Shown here in pieces: positions 25,307-38,800 of a DNA stretch of 64,000 nucleotides; positions within the stretch are counted from its first letter, which is position 1, and each line of letters starts with the position of its first letter. Below the pieces are notes generated by a model that did no database searches, was not told where the DNA came from, and saw only the letters and a list, made by a program, of their open reading frames with translations. The stretch spans positions 62,001-126,000 of the forward strand of contig MU006101.1 of the NCBI GenBank assembly GCA_010093705.1, written 5' to 3'. A program made the translations under genes and the position numbers. This DNA comes from Patellaria atrata CBS 101060. Lineage: Eukaryota.

Positions 25307-26415
25307 GGGGGATGGTGGAAGTTTAAGAGTGTGGAACGCTCGCTTTCTTGTTTCGCTTGTACATGGCTTTTTTTGTTCACGTCGGTTTTGGTTTCTTTGC
25401 TCGTGCTTCGCGTTCTGCTTTTGTTCTATTTGGATCTTTCATTGGGGGAAGGGAAGAGTAATGGACGGTGTTTGTACACGACCTAATAGATACCTTGTTC
25501 ATACTATCAGTAATTCCTCCATGGATGCCTGGATGTGGTGTGCTTTGCTCCATATGGATTATCTTTGTCAAGAATTTTCCTCGTGGGTTCTTTATTCTAA
25601 AGGACAATTGATCTCGACCATCGAAAGAGTCAGGTCTTGAAAGATCTAGACTTCTAAGAGACTATAAGCAAAGTCTGCTATCTATTGGGCGCTTCTCATC
25701 ACAAAGCCTTCCAGATTGGAACTCCAATTGATGTAGATCAATATGCCTAAGGAAAGGTGATATTTCGAAGATAAAAAGAGCAACTTACCGGCTAATATAA
25801 ATTGCCGTGAATTAGTCTACTGACAGGAGTCCAGAATATCGCTTATTCTTATACTTGATGGGAAAATTCACTGACTGAGAACATCCAACCCAGATAGATA
25901 TGGTTAGCTCTGAAATAATCTGTGAATCATTAAATGTGTAGGAACACCCCGTAGTGTTCTCCTTGATCATAGTAAATTGGAAAGTCGGTTGGAACACATT
26001 TCGCCATAGCGATGAACGTGATCCACCTCGTTCATGCATTGCTAAACTAGTGAACTCCCTAAATCATGATATCTACATATCATAGATGTAGATCCATGAT
26101 AAATATAACAGTTATCATGATGCAAGATTTCGCCAGATCGATGGCGTAACTCGTTTCAGGTTCAACTTTTCATAACCCATAGATGAAAAATCCCGATGAG
26201 GCCAGGTATCCCACTTAAGGCCTAGATGTAAAGGAGATAGCACCCGATTGTGCTAGACATTGTTGAGACCAAAAAGACTCGTGTAAAGATTCGTACAAGA
26301 ATTGAAGACTGCGATCGACTTCTGACGTTCCCAAAACCGGACCTACTGGTGAACAAGCGACAACTGCCTCGACAAACCGACTCGAGTCTCCGCATCACAG
26401 AGCGTTGACAACCAG

Positions 26416-27407
26416 CTAGTTGGGGCACGCAGCTTGGACATGGCCCGGTTGCTTGCACTTGTAACATACCCTCTCGTTCGATGTCTCAGAGGGGCAGTCA
26501 CGGCTCAAGTGACCAACTTCGCCACCTAACAACAACTAGTCAGTAAATGGATTTCGCGAGAGGCAATTGAACGAACAGTTGTAGCACTTTTGGCCTTGCG
26601 TGCAATCGCGCGACATATGCCCGTAGCCGCCGCACGAATAGCACGTCTGGCCACGAGAAGCCTGGCCGCCGTAACCACTGTTATATCCACCACCACCGTA
26701 ACCGCCACCAAAGCCACCACCTTGAGTGCAGTTTCTGGCGATATGGCCAACTTTGCCGCATTTATAACATTCCTGGCCGCCACCCATTCCACCACTCATG
26801 CCGCCGCCAGTCATGCCACCGGTAGCTTCATTGGGGCATTCACGGGACAGGTGGCCAACTTGGCCGCAACGATAGCAAGTGCGTTCATTTTTTTGCGACG
26901 TGCAATCTCGACTCAGGTGGCCCTGCTCATTGCAGTTATAGCACGTAGGAGTACCTTTCGAAGGGCAGTCGCGAGCTTGATGAGACGTATCGCCGCCTGG
27001 TTAAAGTATATTAGCATTGAGGAAAGACTGAATGAGAACAGTGATAACAGAAAGTATATGCTATACAAGTGAGGTGGAATTGGAGAGGAATTGGGGCCAG
27101 AGCTCCTTCTACACAAGGTAACTATTGTGGATGTCGAGGTAAGAAGTGCGACAATTCACAAAACCGCTAAGTCAAGTGAACAAAATCAAGCAGTGAAAAT
27201 AATCGTAAAATCCTCAGTCATCAATGCAGTCAGACGTGGAGGCAATTGCAAGATATGGCGACCTCACATGCATATGAACGCAAAGTGATACTGTAAGAGA
27301 AAAGTAACCAAAAGAGATTGCGTATGCGAGGTGAAATTAAAATATGCTGCAGGATGGTGCTTACAGTTGTAGCAACCTCTGCTGCCCCCTCCTGTTTGAT
27401 AATCCAT
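26416..27407 (-). CDS. gis2: CCHC zinc-knuckle nucleic-acid-binding protein (Gis2/Byr3/CNBP homolog), 7 knuckles
   Basis: Exons 27407-27365, 26996-~26579 and ~26525-26416 give seven CX2CX4HX4C knuckles with Gly-rich linkers. Confidence 0.93.
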
Positions 27408-28083
27408 TTTTCTCTGTTGTTGTTTATAGATCTGAAAGAGCACGAGACGTCAGTGGCTAGAAATTCTTGTACTTAGATCAACCAAGAGATTAGTCTTGAG
27501 ATCTGGTGAACAAGGAGTGATCGTACTGGATTGATTAGTGAGATCTCGTCAAGTTAAAACGAGACTTAAGAGCTGACTCGGATTGGGACGATCGGTCGCA
27601 AGAGGTCAAAAGGATCTGAAGGTACACAAAGGGTTTGAGTGGTGAGGAATGTTCTTCCTTGAGAGTTGAGATGACAACTTTGAACTTTGAAGGAGCTTTT
27701 CAGTGGGTGTTCGCTTAGTTCCAATCCGGTTTACTGCCCGCTTCCGGTTATGCACCGGCTCATTCTTTGGCGCAACTTGTAAGAACTGTCAGTTCAAATT
27801 TAGTCTACAATCTAAGGTGATTCGTAAACAATCTTGGATGTTGATATCATACCTTACAATGAGGCCGTGGGTATCATAAGATAAGTTAGCATAAGATAGC
27901 ACAATAACGTGACCAAGAGGAAGTTGTAAAGCTAACCTAGGTAGCGATTTACAAAGTGAGAGTTCAATATAACATTAGGTAGCTCTTGCCTCCGACTGAC
28001 TCTGAACTTCCTGAAGTTGAAGAGTTGGGTTGCACCTGCTCCTTTCACATTTCCTCGTGTTCCACCGGGCCTCATTATCATGT

Positions 28084-29812
28084 CTAGGAAAAATCATAAA
28101 CCACCAAAGCTTGACTACCCTGTGATTTCTCTCTTAAGACGATTACATTTTCTTCGTTAAATCCTACCCACCCTCGCATCACACTCAAGTCATCATACTT
28201 CTCGTCAAGGGCCAGGCCAAGCCCAGAACCTCTCTGTGACACGGATTCGGATATAAGATTCGTCTCTGTATGCCGCGAAGATCTCTGTTCTGGCTTGATC
28301 CGGACACTCAGATGGCCTGACTGCAATCTTCGTCGATTTGAGGGGGAAGAAAGCCCTCCTTCCAACTCCCAAACACGTAGCTCATCTCCCCTGGTAGATA
28401 CTGAGACGGCCTTTCCTTTTCCACCTACATAGGCGCCTGATACGGAGGACGTGTGACCCCATAGCCTGCTTCCTGAACTGATTGATAACGTCGATGCGTC
28501 CGAAGTCACGAGATACAACGTCAATGTATTGTCCGGATGAGAAACGAGGAGATAAGGGTGAGTGTACGATAAAGACGTTGGTTTTGTAAATAGCTGACTG
28601 TGATCGGAGTATACATTCGGGCTCACACGTGCTGATGGTGAAGGAGTACGCGTTGAAGGGGCTGAGAAGGGCGACGGGCGAATCAAGGGTTGGAAATCTT
28701 GAGACGCAGAGGAAGCTATTCGGGACTCAATGAGATCACCGCTTAGAGTAAGACACATTTCCTGAATACCAACAGACCAACCGGATATATAGGTAGGTAT
28801 TGTATAAGCTATAGATGCAATGATACTCTGCGAAGACGGTCGTATTGAAAGCGAGAGTGGTGGACAGGAGGTGTGAGACTTGAGTGAATACAGTAACTGC
28901 GGGGGATCCAGAATGGATGGAGTACCGTCGGATTCATGTCCTGATGAGAATCGATATAGGGATAATAACTGATTCTCAGTCATAGTCAGGATGTAAGGCG
29001 AGCAGTATGCCAGAGCGGTGATCATGCCGTTCGAAGACGCCGGGTGCGTAAAGGTTTCGGTAAACCGGTTTTCTTGAATAAAGAATGTGAATATGGTGAA
29101 GCTTCCGTCCTCGAACCCGATGATAATCTCGTGATGAATATCGCTAGACTGGTTATTGATTGCGAATGATGTGGGCGCCAATGAGCGCGCACTAGTTGAG
29201 GGAGACAACACAGTACTGGCGAGGAGTTTCCGGTCTTTCTTCAATGACCATACTCGCAGGCCTGCAATCGGGTCCACCGTATATATGATTCCCTCATGTA
29301 ATCGAACTAGCAAAGGGAGTATAGGCGGCCGTTCTGTTACTTCTATCTCTCTTACATCGCAACTCCCCTTTGCCCAGTTGTGGCGAAGCTTGTATTGTCT
29401 TTTCCAATTTGTCTCCTTTCCCCTACTCACTAGATTCTCCTCATCTAGCCACTTGGACAGTTTCGAAGAGAAATATAGCTGATCTGAGGGAGCAATGGCT
29501 TCTCTTAGGGTCGGTAACCTAGCGGCTCGAGGGCGTACAAAGCGGTTGTAATACGCGGCTTTCCAAAGCTGAGAATCCCCAGAAATGGAACGAAATTTGT
29601 GAGATATCCTGTACAGGTCTTAGTCTTTGATTTATTCTTTGAACGGCTCTATCTTACCTTTGGCACACTATCAGTGTTGACACCGGTACGAAAGAAAGGA
29701 TGTGTATTAGTAGCTCGTCACTCAGCTTCGAGATCTGATCTAAGGACAAGGAACACGAGCGCTTAGCCGGGGGTTGAGAATCTGGGATCTCCTCAAGGTT
29801 TCGTTTGGCCAT
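28084..29812 (-). CDS. F-box protein with WD40-like C-terminal region
   Basis: ISKLSDELLIHILSFVPVSTLIVCQR|ISHKFRSISGDSQLWK F-box; NWKRQYKLRHNWAKG; LWGHTSSVS..VSVS..LRVWELE. Confidence 0.85.
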
Positions 29813-30212
29813 GACTTCACGTTTGGAAAGTGGTGTAGCACTCGAAATGTGGATTAAAAGAGAATGCTTTTATTAGTTGCGCTGCTGCACGGGTTCTGGA
29901 GGCTCGAATTGCCGTTATCGATAAGAATACCCGAAAACGGCATGGTCAATTTATTCCCCTCCGCCGCCCGCTGTAGCCTTCCAGTTATCACAGCGGTATG
30001 ATATCGCATTCAGGCCTAACAATAACCTCCCTCCGATATACAATTTTGATTTGTAAAATGATGTTGTGTTGTGGAATTGAAAATCTATAGAATTCCTCCG
30101 TGGTCCTAGAACTAACATTTGGTGACAAAGCAGCTGAAGTGACCTGAGCTACTGGCCGCAAGAAGCAGCTCCGGAGCCGCTTCAAAGCGCTATGAGGGCA
30201 TTCGAGCAAAAA

Positions 30213-30337
30213 ACGCGTCTTGCAGCTTCAACGGTCAACCATCTCGTCAACAGTTGATCTACGCGTTAATTCCGATGGAGGAGGAGGAGGATCGTTCAAG
30301 CACCCACTTGAGTAAATTCTTCATATCTTTAACGCGT
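30213..30337. promoter_or_regulatory. Cluster of MCB elements (ACGCGT x3) at the sae2 start
   Basis: ACGCGT at 30213, 30261 and 30332. Confidence 0.55.
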
Positions 30338-32863
30338 GCAGGGGATCAGTTGGCCAAAGATTTGCATGCCGATGCAGAGCGGCGTACGTCGTACCATGTC
30401 CTATCGTAGGAGCATTTCAGCTTACTTTTCATAGGTGAGAATGAATTATTAGAGCGTACAAGGAAAGATCGGAATGCTTTACTTAATGAAGTATCTCGTC
30501 TTGTCGAGAAAGACACGCGAGTCGATCAACTTGAGCGGGAAAACAGTAGATTGAAACGAGAACTCGCCGCCACAATCGAGTCTTCAAAAACGTCTGCACA
30601 GGCACCTACCAATATGCAACACACTCGATCTTCAGAAATAGACCCGAATGTGAAAGATGATGGTTTGGGACGCGTGATACCCTACCAGGAGTATGCTACC
30701 CTCGCGGATAAGTTTAACAAACTAGTTAAGGATAAGGACGTTTACAAAGAAGCGTACTACACAATTGAGAAGAAGTACAGAGAGATCAAAGTTCACTTGA
30801 AGACATGGAAGGCTTACATACAGGAGCACAAGCAAAAGAGCGAGGGGAAGAGAAAGCTGTTGCCAGGCACATTAATTTCTGGAGATATATTCCGTCCCAG
30901 TACTGTGGGCAGTATGGCTCCTCCTCCTACCTTGAACTTATCTTCTCCACCGAATCTAGAATCAACGCAGCAGCTTGTCAAACAAGTATGGCCTGAAGAA
31001 AAGGGTCGCCTATCAGATAAGAACATTCCCCGTCAGTCACTCGACCAAGTTCCAAACGTCGCTCTGAATGAAAAAGCAACATCCCCCAGAACCACAGTCT
31101 CGATGCTAAGCAATCAGCTAGAGCAATTTGAAGACATGCAGCTCCCTGAATCTCCCAATTTTCCTCCTGTAACCACCACAGCGGATATTCATCAAACCGC
31201 CGCGGATAGTAAGAATACTTCTAGTCAGACAACGCAGGATGAGACCCAGGACCAGTCAAACTGGACGAGCTCGAAACCCATTCATGCTCCCGATGATGAC
31301 GACACTCCATTGGTAATATCATCCCGTTCCTTAAAGCGCAAGCAACGCCCTTCCTCACGTGAAAAGGCAATTTCAAGCCACAAGACTCCAGATCTAGGAC
31401 AGAAGATCCCTTCTTGGTATGATAATATCAAGAACGAGCCGTTAAGTAGCCCCTTTGAGGCCGTAAAGGTCCCTCAAACACTATTCCGTACGACTACTCT
31501 TGACCTTGATGAAATCGGCCAGAAAACCGATACGCCTCGAAAGAGACAACGAATGGAAATCCTCAGGCGCACTCAGCAAGGGTCATTCCGGTCTAATGTA
31601 ATGCACTCAGCACATCAAGAGAGATCATTTAGCGAACCTCCACAGGTTAAAGATGAATTCCATACTGGACGAAATGTGCCAGACTTTTCACAAGGCCGCA
31701 GCGGGAATTCATCCAATATGCCTTTATCTGAAGAGCCGTACGTAAAAACCGAAGGCCTTAATTTAACGGGAGCACGATCCACTAGCGAGCCGAAACCTCT
31801 TGGTCTACGTAGAACTAGTGCTGAAGATAACACTTCATCAAATAGCTGTTCGAATCGAGCACTCCGTCTTCTCAGTGGTAACTCGAGGAAGCTCCCAAGG
31901 ACGAGTGACGGGCGTTCAAGACAGCGAAGACATGGGAGCAGGGGAGCAAAAGCGATTCCTCTCGTCGCTGAAGACGGTGAAGAGAGGGATGACAAGCTAA
32001 TCTCCCCAAAGGTTACTGCAGAATCTACCCGCCGTCTTAACAAATTACTTGAACCGCCATCTCCAGCATCAACTGCCTCCCCTTCTACTATTACTCCAGT
32101 TCATCCCAAACGTATTGTGAAACAATTACAACTTTATGAAGACTATGAGCCCAAGAACACACCAAACAAAGCATTTCCTACCCCTACATCTATGAAACAT
32201 ACCTCAAAAGCGTCTTCTAAACTCTCCAAGCAGCCACGCGCATCGAACCTGCAAGACCGCTCTTCCACCGAATACGTGGACGAACCTCTACGCTCCCGTC
32301 CCTTGCACCAGCTCAACCTTGATGACTTCAAGATTAACCCCAACGCAAACCACGGCCTTGACTTCGCCTTCTCAGAAGTCGTCCGCGGCCGTGACGCACG
32401 ACGCTGTCTTCCCGGCTGCACGAAACCCGAATGCTGCGGTCGTGCGTTCCGCGCCATGGTCGAAGCAGGTGCGACGCCCAACCTACCTCGAAGTCTCTTC
32501 AGCCCTTCACCCCCTGAGAGAGAATCATCGCAGGAAGCCGCAGAAGCAGAGGAGCATCGCCTGCTCAAACACCATCTCGGATCCGTTTATACGGATAAGC
32601 AGATCCGCTCCTTGCCATCCGAGCAGAGGAAAGAATTCCTACTAGACGCAAGGGTGAAACTGCTGGCGGATCAGGTGGGAAGGCATAGGCAGGCGTATCA
32701 AAGACGTAGCACGCCGCCCGGGTTCTGGAGGGCGGATTTTCCGTCAACCCAGGAGGAGAGGAGGGATAGGGAGGAAGCGGAACGGAGAGAGAGGGAGAAG
32801 GTTGAGAAGAGGTGGTTGGAGGCAATGAGGGAGGGGGGAAGATGGTTGTTTAGGGATGAGTGA
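30275..32863 (+). CDS. sae2: DNA end-resection factor Sae2/Ctp1/CtIP
   Basis: N-terminal coiled coil; C-terminal EVVRGRDARRCLPGCTKPECC, GRHR, STPPGFWRADFPSTQE. Intron ~30384-30434. Confidence 0.9.
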
Positions 32864-35800
32864 GTGGTATACTAGGATGAGGGAGTTTGAGATCCAGATT
32901 TGGAACTTGCGACTGAGGAAATTAGCATGGGAACATTCGTATCGGTGGCATTTACATGGTTACCTTAGCATTAGAAGAGTGGGCATGGGAAACATTCACA
33001 TAAAGGGTATTTGCATTACCAGGTTGTTTGGGAGAATCTGTCTCAAAGGTATCAAGATTCGGAGTATGTGTCGAATATACCATACTATCTACGACGATAA
33101 TGCATATATTATATACAGATGTAAGGGATGAAAACTATTACGCTAATGCTGATCTAACTTGACCGTGAACGCCAATCGATAACTACTTCGACTATACTCA
33201 TAGCAACGTATCGATCAGGAGACTGCTACATATAATCCACTTAAGTGATGACGAATGTACGACGTATCGATCTTTTGCATGTCGGGCATCAAAGGGGTAC
33301 AAGATGCTGTATGGGCACCTGAGAGGACAGATCTATTGACAAGTCTCGACATCCGATTCTACGGATTTGTACAGCCACAGTGGATCGCGCGAACTGTGTA
33401 CGGTACAGGACAGAGGTCGCATATCTATTGGACTGTTGATTCTACGTGTGATAGATGTGTATGGTACCGAGGTGTTAGTTTACGGATATAGAGCGTCGCC
33501 TGTCCACTCGTGTGTCGAGGATGATGTACGGTAAGTGAATTCTGGTATGTGCGGGATATAAAGAGGAGTGTGAATATACTTTCAGAAACTTGAAATTGAA
33601 CTGGTTATAGTTCTTGAAGATCAGTATCATGACCCCCTAGAAATTCAGTATTGGTCTTTAACAGTGTAGAACTAGCTGTATGTAGTAGTATGTCAGCTAA
33701 CAATAAACCGGAGAGACACGCACGCTATTTGATGTAAAGTTTTTAGGTATGTTTACTCAATACTTATATCCGATTAGAAGACACTACCTTTTGTAGTAGT
33801 GGAGATACACCGAGTGCAAGGATAACAAGGACAGTACAGCAGTTTGTCGATGATCCAAGGTACCTGTAATATTGATGGAGCTGGAGAATCGACGCAGGGA
33901 ACATGCCCAATCCTACACATCCATTATAGTGCGTGCAGATATGGGACAAGATAGCCCAGCGAACTGTTGTGAACAGAGGGTGTGCTGATGCCCTGCTGCG
34001 TCTCGCATGGGCCGGTGGAATTTGCCACAGCAACGGGTCAATGCGGGAAGACGTTCGACGAATTTATGCTTCTGACCCGTAATGTCTTCGTGTATACCCT
34101 TTCCAGCTTCGCGGTTACTTGATAGTTGGGTATCGCGATCCTGGAGGAGCGAAGAGAGGTGCAAGCAAAGGCGCTACGCTACCGCTTGGTGGATGGATAT
34201 CATGATAGTGAGCGTTTTGAGTGATAACTGACTACTCTGTACAGTAGTACTTCCTTGCTTTGCGGGAAGTCAATATGGGCGAGCGAAGACATGGTTCCGA
34301 TGAGGCCTTCAGGTACAGTACTGGCTGATGGTCCCCAGCAACTGGTTACCTTTCTTTATGATGTTCTTTTTGTTAGAGAGGAGGGTCAGCCCTGTTGACG
34401 CAGCCATGGCTTTGCCGCCCGGGCCGGATTGATGTTGAATATTTCGCCTTGAAAGGGCCGATATCTCGCCAACCACACGAACCACTGCAATGCAAGTACA
34501 GAATCCAAGGCAGCAGAATGATAATCCCTCGTCCCTGACACAATTTACGAAGTGTGGCGATAAGTGGCTTCCATCTCTCTCAACGTTTCGAGAAGCTGTT
34601 CCTGAAGGGGTCTGAAAACTCTGATGATTGGAAGGAGAACCGCGTTCTCCCATGTTATATCCGTAGCACTACGCATCGTCTAGCATCACCATGCAGTATC
34701 TCTTCAATAATGTGTTCCGGATAGCCATGCATGATATCTCTGCGTACGTATGCGTCCAGGCAATATAGGGAATTATAGTACATAGTCTTCTGCAACCACC
34801 AGCATCTTAAGCTCGGTCCAATACCCTGCCAAGCTACAATTGAAGATGTTCAGGTACTTAACATCTGCTTCTCTATTGGGCTAATGGAGGCCTGTAGAGG
34901 GGATGAAAGCTCTACTTTGCGTGCTGTGCTGTGTACAGAAAGCAAGGAAAGCGGCTCTGTCCTTCGAGACAAGCGTATGGTCAAAGGAAGAAGTGGTGAT
35001 GTATGCCCGTAAGGCGAATCGTACCTGTACAAAAGTACAAAAGTACCAAAGTACGATAAGATGACAGCTTTCTGAAAGTCTGCCTGTGTCTTCTTAAGTT
35101 CTTCGAAGGACTCAGTTAGTGATGAGTACGATGGTTGTCGAATCGTAGCATCCGGTTCAGCACGGCTTTCATCCCCCTTGGTGCTCTTTTCTCTCCCTGA
35201 GAAACGGCTGGTGGTCTTTGCCTTCTTAGCGTCGATTTTCTCCGCAGAAAGTGCAAAGGGTGGAGAGCGAGCCGGGTTAAGGGTGAAAGAGTTTAAGGGT
35301 TAGAGGCATTGGAGGGGTTTGAGCTGAAGAGAGTAGTAATAGAGCAGATCATCCTTCTTCTAATGTCGTTTCAATTTGGTCGCTGACTGCGCCATACCAC
35401 GGCCAAAGGGCAAACATCAAATTCTGCTCTCCAGCGACTGTATTTCGTCTCTTTCTGGCCCTGTTGCACCCGACACTTCTTTCTTTCTCATGAGCATAAT
35501 TCCTTCTCGCTCGGCTCCTCGTACCGTCGCAACCACACCTCTTTCCAGAACCTCACTTACCCCTTCTAGCGAGTCTTTTCGCGCACTTACCCAGCCAAAA
35601 CCTCCGCACATCGCTATCTGTAGAACTTGACCTCTTGCCTTCGACAACCCAACACCACCACCACTTAACATCCTATAGCGAAGGATATATCAACTTACTA
35701 TTCGCATAGGCAATGGATTGGCTGGGTTGCTGAAGCGATTGGAGGCCTTTCAACACTCCTGATTAGGCGGTGCGACTAACCCTCGAGTTTACCAAAGCAG

Positions 35801-35872
35801 GACCACATAAGAGCTATATCGGACGCTGTATATTCTTGAACTCGGATCTAGAAGCTGTAAATTTCCCCGGGA

Positions 35873-38800
35873 ATGTCTTCTCCTTTCGGGCAGACCTTCG
35901 ACAACATCCCGTTCGTTGTGGATGGGGACCTGAACGGGAATTGGGACCATGAAGACCTCAATATGTTCGACCAAGCCGAGGGTGCAGACTCGAACATGGA
36001 AGTATTCGACACCATGGATTCATCACGGATGTTCGAGAATGCATTCAGCTCTCCTCAATTGCCAAACACCTCAAAGTATGAATTTTCCTCGCCCACTGGT
36101 CCTCGAAAAGACACGATGATCCAGTTCAACCAACCTCAAGGAGCTGGTCCAATGCGTTCTGCTGCCTCTTCAAGCTCGCCGGAAAGTTCTGCGCAAGATT
36201 CTTCTTCAGACTCCTCTGATAGACGGAAAAGAAAGACTTCGTCCCCATCCGTAACTCTGGATCCCAAGGGCATACGCGAAAGTGGGAAGTGGGCAAAAGA
36301 GTCGGAGATGGGAACACATAGCCACAAAGACTCGGGAATCCTATTTGGTGGAAGCATGAGCAGTGCAGCTTTTGAACCTGATATGGAATCTATCAACAGG
36401 ACAATGGAGAAAGATTTCGACTTTGAGAGTGCTGCCAGTAGCCCCGGCAACCACATGGGCGCCGCCCCGCCTAATCATAATGTGACTAATTTGAGCTCGT
36501 TTATGCGTTCTTCGAAAAACAACAATATCCCAGCTGTATGTCTTGCAATTTTCTTACCTTCTCCACCACTGACCTTCACATCAGACCATACGACCAGCAA
36601 CCTTCTTAATAGGCGGCTCCCGCGAAGCATCACCACTGTCTGGAGACATCCCATCAAATCACAGCGGTTCACCAGCCATGTTCAACAATGATTCTCCGCC
36701 AGTTCGACCAAGCGATCTCACCGGCCCAACATCATGGCAGGCCCAGTTTCAGAACCCTACTTGGAATCCTGATTATGGTAACACCGATTATATGACTATT
36801 GCACACTCTCCTCCCGTGAACACTGGATTATCGCCGTATATGCAAAGCGCAGGACCGTCTAATACCGCGCCTGCACAGCTTGACATTGATCCGATACCTG
36901 CGAAATCTCGGGTCGAGACACAAATCAACATAAAGTTGAAATTACACCCTATGCCACCGGGAATCAAGAAGCTTCACCTACCGACGCACACAATTTCGAA
37001 ACCAAAAATGCTTGCCAAAACTGTTGCAAGATCTCCGGATACTCTCGAACTGTATACTTCACTCGTTTGTACTAGCGCAATGCGAAACCCGGAATTCGAG
37101 CAACGAGCCTTAGCCCGAGCAGCGGGCCAGGGGGATATCGTGAACTCGGGAGCAAGGAGACTGCCTTCTACTGAAGTTACGCAAGAAACGGATGATGTCG
37201 ATGATCCCGATAAGCCGTTAAATGGAGGTGAAGTGCGAATCTGTAGCAATTGCATCAACCGGGAACGCAAACGTGCTTCACGGAAAAGGGTTAAAAAGCA
37301 GGAGGACGAGGAACTATGGAACAGTTATGAGAACGACCGTGTTATTGTCTTCAATACTGTCGAGTATAAGGAGTGGCAAACAGTTCCTCCTACGGAGCTC
37401 AATTTGGAAACACCTAGTTCGCAGGTCCATCCTGAAGGGACGATGCAGATTGAAGTACCGATGCGTATTGCATGCTACTGTCGACATCAAAGCGAAAAGG
37501 CCGGGTTCCAGTAAGTATCAGTCGATGTGTTCCAGAGTAGACCTCTAACTATTTTGCAGAGTGATTTTTACCATCAAAGACCATGAAGATAGATTAGTCG
37601 CGCAAGGAATGACGCAATCTATTCTCATTACCGATGATCACAAAACACATGCTCCTTCCAGCACAGTGCCAATGCAAGGAAACCCCTTCACCGACATGTC
37701 TCAGCATCCGAATACGTTTATGCAGCAATCAGAAATGATGGAATCTCAGCCAGTTTTCCGTCATAGACCGTATCACTCCACAAATGATCTTGCCAGTCTT
37801 CGCGGAGGGAATTTCCAGCAAACTTATTTCAATAGCAATCCTACTATCCCTCCTAGTGTTGCTGGAGCAATGACGCCGCGGAATCTCTCCCGTCAAGCTT
37901 CTCCAACTGCTCAAATCGGACCAAGCAAGAAACGAAAGCAAAGCTCTTCAATCCAAAAGATTCCGAGTGCATTAACCATGACCCAAGTCAACACGACGCA
38001 GTCTTCTTCCGTCTCCGCACCTCTATCCGCCGGTCCGCTTAGTGCAGGCGCAGCTTCTGGATTCCCGAATGCATATATGTCACCCACGGCTCCGTCCTTC
38101 ATGGTTCCCCCAGCACCAATGCCTGGCCCATTCCAGACAGGCCCATCTACGCCGAACAGTAACAGCGGTCTCATCACACCCGCTGGACGATCAGGGAGCG
38201 TAGATAACATTACTTATCAGCAACCTTACTTCTCAGCGCCTAACTCGGCGCATCAGAGTAGGGCTCCTAGCCCAGTTCCTTCGGCGCGCAACATGAATGC
38301 ATATCAGAATCAAGTTCAGGTAGGAAACGTGCTTCAGAATAATTCAATTGGCCTGGATTTTGGTGTAGATACCCTACAGCAAGCCCAGCAGCCACCGATA
38401 ATTCATAAAGTTATTCCAGGTGAAGGACCGACGACAGGTGGTATTGAAGTAACCTGTCTAGGCCAGAACTTCGACAGATCCATTGAGGTCATGTTCGGGG
38501 ATACGGCGGCCATTACAACAACCTTTTGGTCTCCGAACTCTCTTGTATGTATGCTACCACCAGGTAAAGCTGGAACAGTACCAGTAACGTTCAGGGACCA
38601 TCGACAAGCTAGCTACTCGCAGTCAACGAATTCTGGACCTTCAAGTGTCTTTAAGTACGTTGACGATAGCGAACGGCAACTTATGGAAATGGCTCTGCGT
38701 CTTATCTGTCAAAAGAGAACAGGGAATCCCGATAACTTCCGTGATTTTGCCCGACATCTTGTTCACGGTCCATGGAGTTATGAAAGCAATTCAGGAGCTT

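Noticed and set aside
24554..25640. Overlapping ORFs on the M43 gene
   Set aside because: GC-rich shadow frames.
35119..35200. Box C/D-like GTGATGA..CTGA
   Set aside because: No convincing terminal stem or recognisable rRNA guide.
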